A DNA stretch of 64,000 bases from Octopus sinensis. Its lineage: Eukaryota. The notes below the pieces were generated by a model that was not told the DNA's origin, made no database searches, and saw only the letters and a program-made list of their open reading frames with translations. Each line of letters starts with the position of its first letter. Position 1 is the first letter of the stretch. A program made the position numbers and the translations under genes. The stretch lies in the NCBI RefSeq assembly GCF_006345805.1, contig NC_043005.1, positions 103,292,001 to 103,356,000 of the forward strand, in the 5' to 3' direction. Of the stretch, positions 38,500-50,760 are shown piece by piece.

Positions 38500-38950
38500 A
38501 AAATAATGTTTAAAAAACATTTCGTGTGATATTCTTATTCCATAGCTGCCCTTCGTTCGTCGACTGTTGCTTGTTTTGTATCGTAGCATTTATCTCTTAA
38601 GTATCACCATAAAAGGGCTTTGTGGTCCCCGGTCTGGTAAACGAGGAAGTTATACAACATAGCTTTTTCGATCAAATCACTTGTCTATCGCTTCTGGGGC
38701 TCATCGATATCCGCGGTCTTCAGGAACATCTTGTGTAGACATTCTGAATAGTGCTGTCTGCTTCATAATTCTCTCATTCAAATGATGGTAAATTGCGTAG
38801 ATGTACCCGTTTGAAACACCCTCTTTAATTTTATTCGTACTTCATCTGAATTTTGGAACTTCCGGTAGCTCTTTGGGTTAAAATTCGTCTTCTCAAAGCT
38901 TCGTCTTTCTCTTTTCATTGTTCTTAATGGGTTAAATCTAAAACGAAATG
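38500..38950 (-). pseudogene. Tc1/mariner (maT/rosa-like) transposase C-terminal remnant
   Basis: LLW*YLRDKCYDTKQATVDERRAAME resembles LWGYLKDKVY...P.TVDELR.AI. Confidence 0.65.
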
Positions 38951-39002
38951 ACAATGAAGTCGTCATCTCTTAAATTGCATATACATTTTGCTCTAGAACA
39001 CC

Positions 39003-39069
<67 letters not shown>

Positions 39070-39191
39070 ATGTATATATGCATATATACATATATATATA
39101 TATGTATATATGTATATATATATATACATATATATATGCATATATACATATATATATGCATATATACATATATATATATATATATATAAAT

Positions 39192-39693
39192 AGCAATAAT
39201 AAATCTCTAAACGAGATATAAACAGTAACTGCTCTATAACATAAGGGGCATCAGCCATCTGAATGTGGCTAGGGACAGGGCAGGGCGGTGGGGGTGTTAC
39301 TGATGCATTTAGCCCCAGGCGATCATCAAAGTCACCAGGAGGGCTGACACCATCTCGGTGTCCTCTAGCCTGCAAAGGGAGATCATTCCCCGAAGAAGCG
39401 GACAGAGAGTTATTCGTCGGAGAGCGGTCCTTACCATGCGTTGATAATAGGCAAATACCTTGAAACCTGGTCCGTATGTAGCATCCGCTTCTTCAGGGAA
39501 TGATCTCCCTTTGCAGGCTAGAGGACACCGAGATGGTGTCAGCCCTCCTGGAGACGTTGATGATCGCCTGGGGCTAAATGCATCAGTAACACCCCACCGC
39601 CCTGCCCTGTCCCTAGCCACATTCAGATGGCTGATGTCCCTTATGTTATAGAGCAGTTACTGTTTATATCTCGTTTAGAGATTTATTATTGCT
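39192..39693. repeat. About 210-bp inverted repeat enclosing a hammerhead
   Basis: Arms 39192-39402 and 39484-39693 differ at about five positions. Confidence 0.95.
39435..39478 (+). ncRNA. Type I hammerhead fold with U3-A8 core variant
   Basis: Stem I CATGCG/CGTATG (6 bp, one G-U), core TTGATAA, stem II AGG/CCT, GAA, stem III ACC-T-GGT and a GUC site at 39472. Confidence 0.7.
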
Positions 39694-39790
39694 TTCGAAC
39701 GGTTTTTCTACATCAGTAAATGTGTTTACTGTGAAAATCCTTAAATATATAGCCTGTACAGAGAGTTATTCGTCGGAGAGCGGTGCTTAC

Positions 39791-39834
39791 CATGCGTTGA
39801 TAATAGGCAAATACCTTGAAACTTGGTCCGTATG
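39791..39834 (+). ncRNA. Type I hammerhead fold with U3-A8 core variant, second copy
   Basis: Same as the 39435 copy except stem III ACTTGGT; GUC site at 39828. Confidence 0.7.
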
Positions 39835-40079
39835 TAGCATCCGCTTCTTCGGGGAATGATCTCCCTTTGCAGGCTAGAGGACACCGAGATGGTGTCAGCC
39901 CTCCTGGTGACGTTGATGATCGCCTGGGGCTAAATGCATCAGTAACACCCCCACCGCCCTGCCCTGTCCCTAGCCACATTCAGATGGCTGATTATGTTAT
40001 ATATAAATATATATATATAAATACATATGTATGTATGTATGCCGGCCGCCAACAGTTTTTCCTGCAAAATAGGTATTTA

Positions 40080-40256
40080 CAATGCGAAGTAAATCACAAG
40101 AAAACAAAATATGTTAATTAACGTAGACTTACCTTGTATTCAATATTTCGGTGTTTGAAAATGGGGTCATAACCCCTAAATATTGAATACAAATTAAGTC
40201 TACATTAATTCACATATTTGTTTTCTTGTGATTTACCTCGTATTTACTTCGCATTG
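40080..40256. mobile_element. Fold-back (palindromic) MITE-like element
   Basis: caatgcgaagtaaat/atttacttcgcattg, cacaagaaaac/gttttcttgtg and ttgtattcaatattt/aaatattgaatacaa pair around a loop of about 29 nt. Confidence 0.75.
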
Positions 40257-40319
40257 TTTTGGCATCACCCACGATCCTTTATACAATACACAAACACACA
40301 CAGACAGACAGATATATAT

Positions 40320-40321
40320 AT

Positions 40322-40365
<44 letters not shown>

Positions 40366-40560
40366 ATAAATAGATAGATACATACATACATACATACATA
40401 TACATACATACATACATACATACATACATACATAAATACATATGTACATACATACATTCAAACATACATACATACATATGTACATACATGCATACAAACA
40501 TACATACAAGCATACATACGTACATACGTACATACATACATACATACATATGTACATACC
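40320..40560. repeat. (GATA)n-(TACA)n compound microsatellite
   Basis: Tetranucleotide runs. Confidence 0.9.
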
Positions 40561-40939
40561 TTGAAATATGAAGAGGCATCTATTGAAGGTAAATGATTGT
40601 CTGATGGAGAACACTTTCTCAACGCTCTTTTGCTGGTTCATATATCTCTCAAGCATATTTGGACTGGTTTCAATGTTGTTTGCTTTCACTTATTGCCTCA
40701 CACAACTTCTCACGTGTTTGTTCCACCCTATTCGCCGATATACTCTGTTAATTAACAATATTGACTAATTTCTTATGAAGGAAGTCGAGCTTCATAATCA
40801 AGTCAGAGTTGCCATTCTTTGGTATCTCGTGCTAAAGAGAACTAAAAAGTTCGAAATGCTTTCATCAGCCTCTGGAATGTAAGTGATGTTTTGACAGTCT
40901 TGTGTCCATAACAAACTACAGTGAAAAGCCTTTTACACA

Positions 40940-41235
40940 TTCTAATAAATTTCCGTTCTGGTCCAGTAATGGAATCGTAAAAACAATGGTAAAAAATCAT
41001 TTCGTCTGATATTCGTACACGTTCACATTCCATAACTGTTCTTCATTCGTCGACTGTTGCTCGTTTTATATCTTGGCATTTATCTCTGAAGTATCACTAT
41101 AAAAAAGTTTAGTGGCCTCAGACCTGGTAAATGTGGAAATTATACAACAGATCTTTCTCTATCAAATCCCTTAATTTTTTTTGTATCTTGTACTAAACAG
41201 AACTAAACAGTTCAAAATGTTTTCATCAGCCCAAT
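40940..41235 (-). pseudogene. Second Tc1/mariner remnant homologous to 38500-38950
   Basis: Shared blocks ttcgtcgactgttgct, gcatttatctct and agtatcac; translates YFRDKCQDIKRATVDE. Confidence 0.65.
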
Positions 41236-41884
41236 AGAGAACGCTCTAACCTGGTTATGGGTGACAATTGCCAGTTATAAAATTAATGAATTTTAAAGAA
41301 AATAATGATTAAGATTATGGGAAGTTAACGCATTTAAACTTTTAATAAGGAGAGAAGATATTGTCTATGACTCCTTACCAGGCCTCCTGGATTAGTGGGA
41401 GTGAGAGAGTACAGAATCCTCAAATGAGAAACCTAATCCTAATCCTTGAAACAGAGTACAAGCCATTGAAGTTATTCAAGATATCAAATGGTGGTGTTAA
41501 ACCGGGTCACATTTCAAGTCTACCACTTGAATGATAGGATTTGAACTCATATTCTAAAGATCAAAAACAAATGCCACAAATTATTTAGTCCCAGATTCAT
41601 ACTGTTCCTTTGATTGTTTCTATTTATCGATCCCGAAAGCATACATGCAAAGTTGATCGCGACAGGATATGAGCCCAGATCAGAGGGGGCTACAACAAGC
41701 ACCACGGGGCATTCAATTTAACATTCTAACGACTTCGTCAATCCACTGTCTCACTTGTATTCGACTAGTTGTTATTGTTGATAATTCTCACTCACAATAT
41801 CTCCTTTATATGGGTGGATACACAACAAAGCTTAGCAACAGATAAGAGAAGAGCTTGGACAGAGATTATTAGGAATGGATTTGG

Positions 41885-42085
41885 GAACGGGCTGCCAGAA
41901 TCTTTGGCACGCCGCTTAACGGCATTTCGTCCATTTTTTAGCTTCTAAGTTCAAATTCCACCGAGGTCGACTTAGCCTTTCATCCTTTCGAGGCCCATAT
42001 AATAAGTACCAGTTGAACACTGGGTTTGATGTAATCGACTTAACTCCCTCCCAAAATTGCTGGCCTTGAGCCAGAATTTGAAACC
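41885..42085 (+). mobile_element. SINE family A, alternative tail
   Basis: gttcaaattccaccgaggtcgacttagcctttcatcctttcg...aaattgctggccttgagccagaatttgaaacc. Confidence 0.8.
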
Positions 42086-42652
42086 ATTATTAGGAATGGA
42101 TAATAAATGAATCTAAAACAAACCTTGTATGTATTCTGTGACGCAATAATACTGAAATTAACTACTATGAATTAGCTTTCTCCACATATGCACATTATTT
42201 GCTGCTGATTACCAAAATCCGAGAATATGTTGGATAATTAAGAGACTTTTAAATTCCTCTGTTTATGAAATAATAATTATGATTATATAATTGCACATAA
42301 TTACACATTTCTAGTTCTATATTTTCTTAATTAGATGGAACAAAATGAATATTTAGTCGTTCACATGGAACTAACTTCAAGTAACAGAAAACAGTTATTT
42401 CTCATATCGTAAATATCTCAAAAACATAATTTGTGTGTATATGAAACCTTCTATATATCATGTTTTGCGTGGTTGTTTCAATTTGAACAAAACACACTAA
42501 ACCACCATAAAGCAGTTTGTGTTTCTCGCAAGGTTATGTCTTGTTTCAAGTAAGGTATATTGTACAATCTGCAAATAGCTGGATCTTGCTGCGGCTTGAG
42601 ATGAACGCCAATGCATAATTTAGAAATCAGTAAGTTATAGTCATGACTTATA

Positions 42653-43104
42653 CAGGGTGGACCAAAATGATCTGACACATTTGGAGGCTTAATAAAAGCA
42701 CAAAATAAGAAATAATGAAAAGAAAATTCTTTTATTTTCTGAATGTACATGTAATGCCATTTTATTTGATTAAGTTTTAAAAATTAAATCATCTAAATGC
42801 TTCCCATCATTGTCAACACACTGTTGGAGACGTTCGTGGAAGTTATCGATAACTCTTTGGATCATTTCTTCTGGAAGGGTTGCTATTTCTACACATATTG
42901 CACGTTTTAATTCATCAATAGATCGAGGGCGATGACGGAATACTTTTGATTTTGAATATCCCCACAAGAAATCACATTTCACCATTCCACATTTCACCAT
43001 ATATAAATTTCATAAATCACATTTCACCATATATACATTCAGAAAATAATTTTTTTCTTTTCATTATTTCTTATTTTGTGCTTTTATCATTTTGGTCGAC
43101 CACG
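42653..43104 (-). mobile_element. Internally deleted Tc1/mariner (maT/rosa-like) transposon
   Basis: TA-flanked TIRs cagggtggaccaaaatgat and atcattttggtcgaccacg; ORF 42770-43000 CDFLWGYSKSKVF...SIDELKRAI...GKHLDDLIFK is a transposase C-terminus. Confidence 0.85.
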
Positions 43105-43937
43105 TATATGCGTTATTCGGAACAATTAGCGCACAGTAATTTATGCGACACTGAAACTTCTTCCAACATACCGCCATGAATGTGTTTATTTATATGTATG
43201 TATGTATGTATGTATGTAAGTATTTATGTATATATGGATGGATGGATGTTAGAGAGAGCGAGAGATAAAGAGAGAGGAGAAAGAGGGACGGAGAAAAAGG
43301 GATTTGTAGACAGATTATTAATTCGTGTATGAATATATATGAAGTGATATATATATATATATATATATATGCTAGCTGAATAGCCCTTAGTTGCCGGGAA
43401 GTTTTTACAATCGACCGACTTCTACAAATTTTTGTTTATTCCGTATCAGACTGTGCCTTTGTCTTGATCAGGACAGATTTGTGTCCTGGTTTTTTTCACA
43501 AAATATCTACGTCGAGGATTTTTTCCCTTTTTAAATTAGTTACATGTCAGTTCAGCACTTTCACGTGACTTTATTCATTAAAACTTATTAAAACTTCAGA
43601 CGTTTTTACAACTCTGATCGTCGTAATTCTTTGCTTTCGTTTGTTTAATAAAAATTCCTTGTAATGATTTCACTTTCACTTTGTGATAGAGAGCTATCAT
43701 GCAGAAAATGTCAGCTTCCAAATCCTGTTTTCTGATTAGGTAAGATTGATTAAATTTTAACCTCAGTGACATGTTTCTGCAACTTTTCTGAAACAAATAA
43801 ATGACAAATTCCGATTTGACGTGGGAAATTATTTCAATGCAGCAAATTTGAAAAGTTTGACGTAATTTTAAAACTTTACAATATGAGACAGCAACAGCAA
43901 AGACCCTACAAAAGTAGACAGACAGACAGTTATAAGA

Positions 43938-43939
<2 letters not shown>

Positions 43940-43992
<53 letters not shown>

Positions 43993-44006
43993 TATCTCTC
44001 TCTATT

Positions 44007-44040
<34 letters not shown>

Positions 44041-44095
44041 TCTCTTTCTATCTCTCTCTTTCTCTCTCTCTCTTTCTCCCTCTCTCTCTCTCTCA
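43940..44095. repeat. (TC)n polypyrimidine microsatellite
   Basis: Long imperfect run. Confidence 0.95.
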
Positions 44096-44942
44096 CACAC
44101 ACACATACATCTACAAACATACAAACTGGTAATCACGAGTTTAAAATAGCGTATGGTTGACATATGTATGTATGCCTGTATGTATGTGGGTACGTATGTA
44201 TGTAAATATATATATAGATATGTGTGTGTCTACCTGTGAGTGTTTGCGATGGACAGCTGAAAAGCCGCCTACCCCTCTCTCTTTAAAGCTACGTATTATT
44301 CCTCACATCCACCTTTCTTTCCCTCCCTTGGTGTTTTAAAAGTTACTTATGTCTATGTGCATGTGTGTGTGTGTGTGTGGTTGCAGTGTGTGTGTCTGCA
44401 TGTATCTATGTAGTTACGAAAGTATGTAAGCAGCATCGCGTATATATCCCTGAATGGCAGCTCTATTAATGTTATCATCCCACTGCCACTCCATATTTTT
44501 CACTTACAGAATATTGTTCTCCATTTCCCTGATATCAGTCACACGCACTATGCCACACCACATTCCCATCATACTAACACTTTTGCACCCTTCCCATTTT
44601 AAGAAATAATAGCCAACCCCAATAGGGGTAGGCTATTATTTGATACGCTCACATTATAGATTTCAGTGAAATCCAATTAGCCTATAATTGAACTGGATAT
44701 TAGCTTAAAATATATGCAAAGATTCGTCAACACTGGTTCACTGATGTAGGTAGCAAGATGGTATCAGACAGATCGAGAGACAGAAATTGCCATTTATGTA
44801 AAGATTATATAAGCTATATATATACATATAAAGGTAATTCGTGTAAAGGTGTATATATTGCTACATACACATATATATCATACCCACACATACACACTCA
44901 CACAGATATACATTCACATATATATATGTTTATATATATATT

Positions 44943-44973
<31 letters not shown>

Positions 44974-45013
44974 CTATGTGTATATTTATATATATATATA
45001 AATAAATATATAT

Positions 45014-45054
<41 letters not shown>

Positions 45055-45457
45055 CGTGTGTGTGTATATTTATATATATATGTTCCTTTTCTATATGTAT
45101 TCGACTGTATGTGTGTGTGTGCAGCAAAATGGCATTTTGCTTCTATATATGGCCAGCCATGATATGCGTAATTGAATGCAGGTAGAAAAGTTCTCAAACG
45201 TGATCATGGGTTACCTGGTTAGCTGACAAATAAGTGAAAGCAAGGAATCACTGGGACGACATGAAAATATTCTCTGCACATTTAATACCCAAAGCAGCAT
45301 GGGAATCAAATAAGCCATAAGCTGGACCCATAAGGAAACAAAGTCAATGAGCAACCATCAATTTCATTAAATAACGTAAACGTGTATGAGTACATGTATA
45401 CGTGTGAGTATGCATGTGCCCCAAAATGTATGTGTATATATATATAATATATATATA

Positions 45458-45488
<31 letters not shown>

Positions 45489-45832
45489 ATATACATATAC
45501 ACGTATATATACATACAGATATATACATATACATTTGTGTATATATATATATATATATATATACTTATATATATTCATACATATATTTATATATGTAAGT
45601 AATGCGTATGTCTTTCTATGTGATCTTTTCATTAATATGTGTGTACGCATATATGTATACTGCTGTGTGTGTTTATGTGTTTATATGTATACTATATGTG
45701 TTTAGGTGTCCGAGCACTTAATGGAAGCGTACATGTAATAATACTTCGCTGACCACAGGTTAGATACAGGTATTTTTATTTTAACTTTTAAGGTGCAAAC
45801 AAAATGTATATAAAGAATTGATAGTACAACCC

Positions 45833-45834
<2 letters not shown>

Positions 45835-45893
<59 letters not shown>

Positions 45894-46013
45894 ATATATA
45901 TTCATATATATATATACTTATAAATATATATACATATAGATATATATATATACATATTTATATATATATATACATATACATACGTACGTATATATATATA
46001 TACATACATATAT

Positions 46014-46075
<62 letters not shown>

Positions 46076-46130
46076 ATATATTATATATATATATATATTA
46101 TATATATATATTATATATATATATATACGT
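45835..46130. repeat. (TA)n-rich microsatellite field
   Basis: Interrupted dinucleotide runs. Confidence 0.9.
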
Positions 46131-46838
46131 ATGATGTACATGTAGTATGTGTTTGTGCGCATGTATGTCATGTATTCGGATATATTTCTAAATATCGCTT
46201 TTGGCAAGAACTGAGGCGTTCATAAATATTAATATTTGGCTGTTTCATATATACACGCATTCATACATACGTATACACACACACATACATATATATATAC
46301 ATGTATACAGAAATAAATACGCACACACACACATATACATATGTATATCTGTACACACACACACATATATATATACATATATATACATATATATATATGC
46401 ATATACATATACATGAATGCCTATATATGTGTATATACACACATACATACATATAAATGGCTTCTCTGCATCTATTGCAATTCTGTTATGCATAAGAAAA
46501 TGCCTCCTCAGTGAATCTGTTAAGCTTAGGTTTGCCCGAAGATCTAAGTTAATCACATCTTTTGATTTTTTACTTTAAAGCAGCACGTCAGCTTAAGAGC
46601 GATACCTGCATAAATAATTTGATATAGCAGTGAGAATAGGCAAGTGGAAGTTATCAACTTCTGTTTTATTTTGTTATTCGCCGCCCTTCTTAAGTAGTTA
46701 TCTGGACATAGCAGCCAAATAATATTATTCCCCTTGAATAACAATGCTGAAAGTGAAAGTAGAAGCGCGTTCGTTATCGGACGGCAATATAAAGCAAGAA
46801 GAACAGCGAATATATATGTGGATTTGAATGAAGGCAGA

Positions 46839-46874
<36 letters not shown>

Positions 46875-47076
46875 GTAGGAGAGGTAGGGAGAATATGTGT
46901 TTGTTTGTTTTGGGGTGTTTATGAGAACAAACATAATAATATAAAATAAAGCAATTCAAGCGAAAACAGAATATGCGAGAAAGAAAATATAAATGAATTA
47001 CGTTGCTGTTGTTGTTGTTCTTCTACTACTTACTGGGTGTGGTATCTTGCCCCAGGATTACACTGTACGAGCATGC

Positions 47077-47308
47077 CTATTTCTTTACGAACCACAAGGG
47101 GCTAAACACAGAAGGGACAAACAAGGACAGACAAACGGATTAAGTCGATTATATCGACCCCAGTGCGTAACTGGTACTTATTTAATCGATCCCGAAAGGA
47201 TGAAAGGCAAAGTCTACCTCGGCGGAATTTGAACTCAGAACGTAACGGCAGATGAAATACCGCAAAGCATATCGCCCGGCGTGCTAACGCTTCTGCCATC
47301 TCGCCGCC
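47077..47308 (-). mobile_element. SINE family A, full length
   Basis: Colinear with the other copies. Confidence 0.9.
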
Positions 47309-47365
47309 TCTAACTGAATCGTACAGATTACCGTCATAATTTTTATCGAAAGTATTTCCAATATC

Positions 47366-47671
47366 ACCGTGTTCACCGTGACCGACCAGGCTATCAGATG
47401 TAGTTACACATCGTTGCTCACAATGCGTTTGCATTGTTTTAGCCTTCAAATGACGCCACCCCGCTGGCTAAGCGAACAGGCCAACAGAAGAAAGACTGAG
47501 AGAAAGCTGTGGTGAAAGAGTACAGCAGGGATCACCACCACCTGCTGGAGCTTCGTGGAGCTTCTAGGTGTTTTTGCTCAATAAACACTCACAACGCCCG
47601 GTCTAGGAATCGGAACCGCGATCCTACGACCGCGAGTCCGCTGCCCTAACCACTAGGCCATTGCGCCTCCA
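47366..47671 (-). mobile_element. SINE family C with 11-bp TSD
   Basis: atttccaatat at 47354-47364 and 47673-47683. Confidence 0.9.
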
Positions 47672-47916
47672 CATTTCCAATATATTTCTGTTTTTTTTCT
47701 TAAAGTTTAAATTGTGATTTGAGTGAGATTTGACTGCCAATCATAGAAAAGTAGACTTTCAACCTATATATTCCAATGTCAGCATTAGAAGTGAATGAAG
47801 AATAGATGGGGGGAATATAATCTGTGTAAGCGATATTGCAATGTAATGTATGGTCACTGAGTGGTAATATGTATGCATCTACATATATAACATATAAAAA
47901 TTCTATAATTATGATT

Positions 47917-48094
47917 ATAATTATAATTAGGGTTCAGCAAAATTTGCTTATAGCAGTTAAAAACTACTATTTCACAACCATAACAAAATCTCTAGGAGAT
48001 TTTCTTATGGTAGTAAAATAGTAGTTTTTAACTGCTATTTCTAAAATTTCGGTATGTGGTGAAGCAAATTTTGCTGAACCCAAATTATAATTAT
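47917..48094. repeat. Nested fold-back palindrome
   Basis: Outer arms ataattataattagggttcagcaaaatttgctt / aagcaaattttgctgaacccaaattataattat; inner arms atagcagttaaaaactactattt / aaatagtagtttttaactgctat. Confidence 0.9.
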
Positions 48095-48611
48095 ACTCTT
48101 AATTATATAATTTTTATATAAGTTTAACGATAATGGTTCTTTTAACATACCGAACTACTTGTTAAAATTATTAATTATTAATTAATTAATTAATTTTACC
48201 ATTTATTATTATTGATAATATATATATATATATATATACACTCAGCCAAAATTTTCTGTATTTAATTAATACTAATGCCATCAAGCATAGGGGCTAGTGA
48301 GGCCAGAGTGTATACATTTTTCTAAGGTATTTAGACGATTAATTATGCAAGGCTCCTTCCTCTTTTTCCACTAAGCGAATTTCTACAACATAAACTGAAG
48401 CATTTCGTTCATGCGCAGGGACACAAGTTTAACACAGTGCAGGAATCACTCCCACAGCCTTAAGAACGTGTGCCCAATATTATTAACTACAAATCCACAC
48501 GCCTTCAATGTGTTAAAGAAACCTGTGGATATTCTGTTTATTAAGTGCGCATGTTTCGGAAGTTAGATTCATCACAAGAATTTTATATTCCTCGCTTCAA
48601 CGCATTTATGG

Positions 48612-49019
48612 TTATACGAACAAGGGGCTAAACACAGAGAGGACAAACAAGGACAGACAAACGGATTAAGTCGATTACATCGACCCCAGTGCGTAACTGG
48701 TACTTAATTTATCGACCCCGAAAGGATGAAAGGCAAAGTCTATCTCGGCGGAATTTGAAATCAGAACGTAACGGCAGACGAAATGCCTATTTCTTTACTA
48801 CCCACAAGGGGCTAAACACAGAGAGGACAAACAAGGACAGACAAATGGATTAAGTCGATTACATCGACACCAGTGCGTAACTGGTACTTAATTTATCGAC
48901 CCCGAAAGGATGAAAGGTAAAGTCGACCTGGGTGTAATTTGAACTCAGAACGTAGCGGCAGACGAAATACGGCTACGCATTTCGCCCAGCGTGCTAAATG
49001 ATTCTGCCAGCTCGCCGCC
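48612..49019 (-). mobile_element. SINE family A dimer
   Basis: Two cores; junction gacgaaatgc|ctatttctttactaccc is equivalent to the one in the 5955-6376 dimer. Confidence 0.85.
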
Positions 49020-49377
49020 TTATGCATGTAATCATACCTTAAAAAGAAAATGCCATTAGGGTTCGATACTAATTAAGAGAAACATTTCGTGAGATTCCAT
49101 TTTTTTGTAAATAAGCGTTCTTTTTATTCAGTTTAGAGTTCTATCAATATAAATATAATATAGCAGTTAATTCTTGTGATTTCCCCTCTGTTTTCTTCTA
49201 TGTTTTATAATTGTTATTGTGAATGCAGTTCGGTTGTTAAAATTACAAGGCAGTGAGGAAAATATAAGTTGCAGAAATCCGGGGAAGATACATTGCAGTA
49301 TTTACTCGTACTTTATGCACAGATCTCAACACTTGGTGTTTTCTTGTTTATTCATCTATCTCGTGTAGAAAATATTA

Positions 49378-49565
49378 GATCAAATCTTAGCACAAGGCCA
49401 GCAAGTTCAGAGAAGAGTAAGCCAATTACATCAACCTCAGTGCGCAACAGGTAACTTACTTTATCGACTCCGAAAGTATGAAAGATAAAGCCGACTTCGG
49501 CGGAATTTAAACTCGGAACGCTAAGCATTTTCTGCGGCATACTAACAATCCCGCCAGCTCATTGC
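49378..49565 (-). mobile_element. SINE family A, alternative tail, diverged
   Basis: cttagcacaaggccagcaag tail, core and head remnants. Confidence 0.75.
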
Positions 49566-49977
49566 CTTGATCACGTGTAGAACATATAAAAGAAAAAACA
49601 ACTAATTACACGAGTTAGAAATTCATTAAATTCTTCTACATGACTGGCCTAATTCAGATATTAGAAATATTTAGTAATATGACAATAAAGGTTTTAGACA
49701 AAGTAATAATTTCAGAGAGCATTGATTAATTTACACAGATCAAATCCACCCGAAGTTAGCTTGGCCCTTTTAACTTTCGGAATTGAACAACTAAATTGTA
49801 TTGGGTTACTGGCAATCGTTCCAACAAATACGGTATCCTTTTTCCGCACATTTGTGCACTTAATTAAATATCTGCTATACACTTACAAGCATATACATAC
49901 CTAACCACTTGTGTATATGTATATATATGTGCAGGGATGGTTGTGTGTGTGTTTGTGTGTGTGTGTGTGTATGTGTG

Positions 49978-50225
49978 TGGAGGCGCGTGGTTTAGTGGTT
50001 AGGATGTGAGCATCATGATCGTAAGATTGTGGTTTCGATTCCTAGATCGGGCGACGCGTTGTGTTCTTGAGCAAAGCACTTCATTTCACGTTGCTTCAGT
50101 CCACTCAGTTGGCAAAACTGAGTAACGCTACGATGGACTAGCGTCCCATCCAGCTGGGGACCACATACGCCATTGACACCGGGAAACCGGGCCATTGAGC
50201 CTGGCTAGGCTTTAAAATGGCGCAC
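49978..50225 (+). mobile_element. tRNA-derived SINE family D
   Basis: Head ggaggcgcgtggtttagtggttagg...ggtttcgattcc; body gttcttgagcaaagcacttcatttcac and gatggactagcgtcccatccag. Confidence 0.8.
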
Positions 50226-50245
50226 TTATTTATTTATATATATAT

Positions 50246-50278
<33 letters not shown>

Positions 50279-50469
50279 AACAGACATAGAGAGAGACATA
50301 CATATATACACACATACTACACACAAGGGTTAAGGCAAAAATAGCGCAAAAGTAAACCATAACAAACGTAGATCGTTGAAATTGCACATTTGGTACATTA
50401 ATTCTTCTTGTATTCTAACTCTTCTTTTCTTCAATACAGGTAAATAATAGATTCCAAACAGTCGCAACG

Positions 50470-50760
50470 TACCGCCATTGAATTCTGAAGGCTACAGGCT
50501 ATTTACAGAGACCATGCCATTGACAAGGTCAGTGTGTACAGGTGAGGTGAAGAAGTTTGAACACAAACATCTCGGTGGGCGACCATTAACGGTGACCACT
50601 GATGTGCACCACGTGTGATATTCACGCGGACGGGTGCGTCACCATCTGTGAGCATGCTGCGCGACCGGATTATGGGTAAAATGCGTTACAAACGATGGTG
50701 AAAGTGAAAAGTGTGGGCAGCTGACATCCAATATGAACGAGAGAAGTGTGAAAGTCTGGC
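50470..50760 (+). pseudogene. Mariner transposase N-terminal remnant
   Basis: Frameshifted QRTAIEF*..EG, DKVSVYR*..KF, GRPLTVTT and IHADG..T, resembling the mariner DNA-binding region. Confidence 0.55.

Larger units (their letters stand above)
39402..40001 (+). mobile_element. Retrozyme/Penelope-like unit: about 233-bp direct repeats with 356-nt period, each carrying a hammerhead
   Basis: 39402-39635 recurs at 39758-39992; the whole element sits in (TA)-rich microsatellite and has no credible ORF. Confidence 0.75.

Noticed and set aside
39067-40121. Several 60-100 aa ORFs on both strands
   Set aside because: They are mirror products of the inverted and direct repeats, with no protein homology evident.
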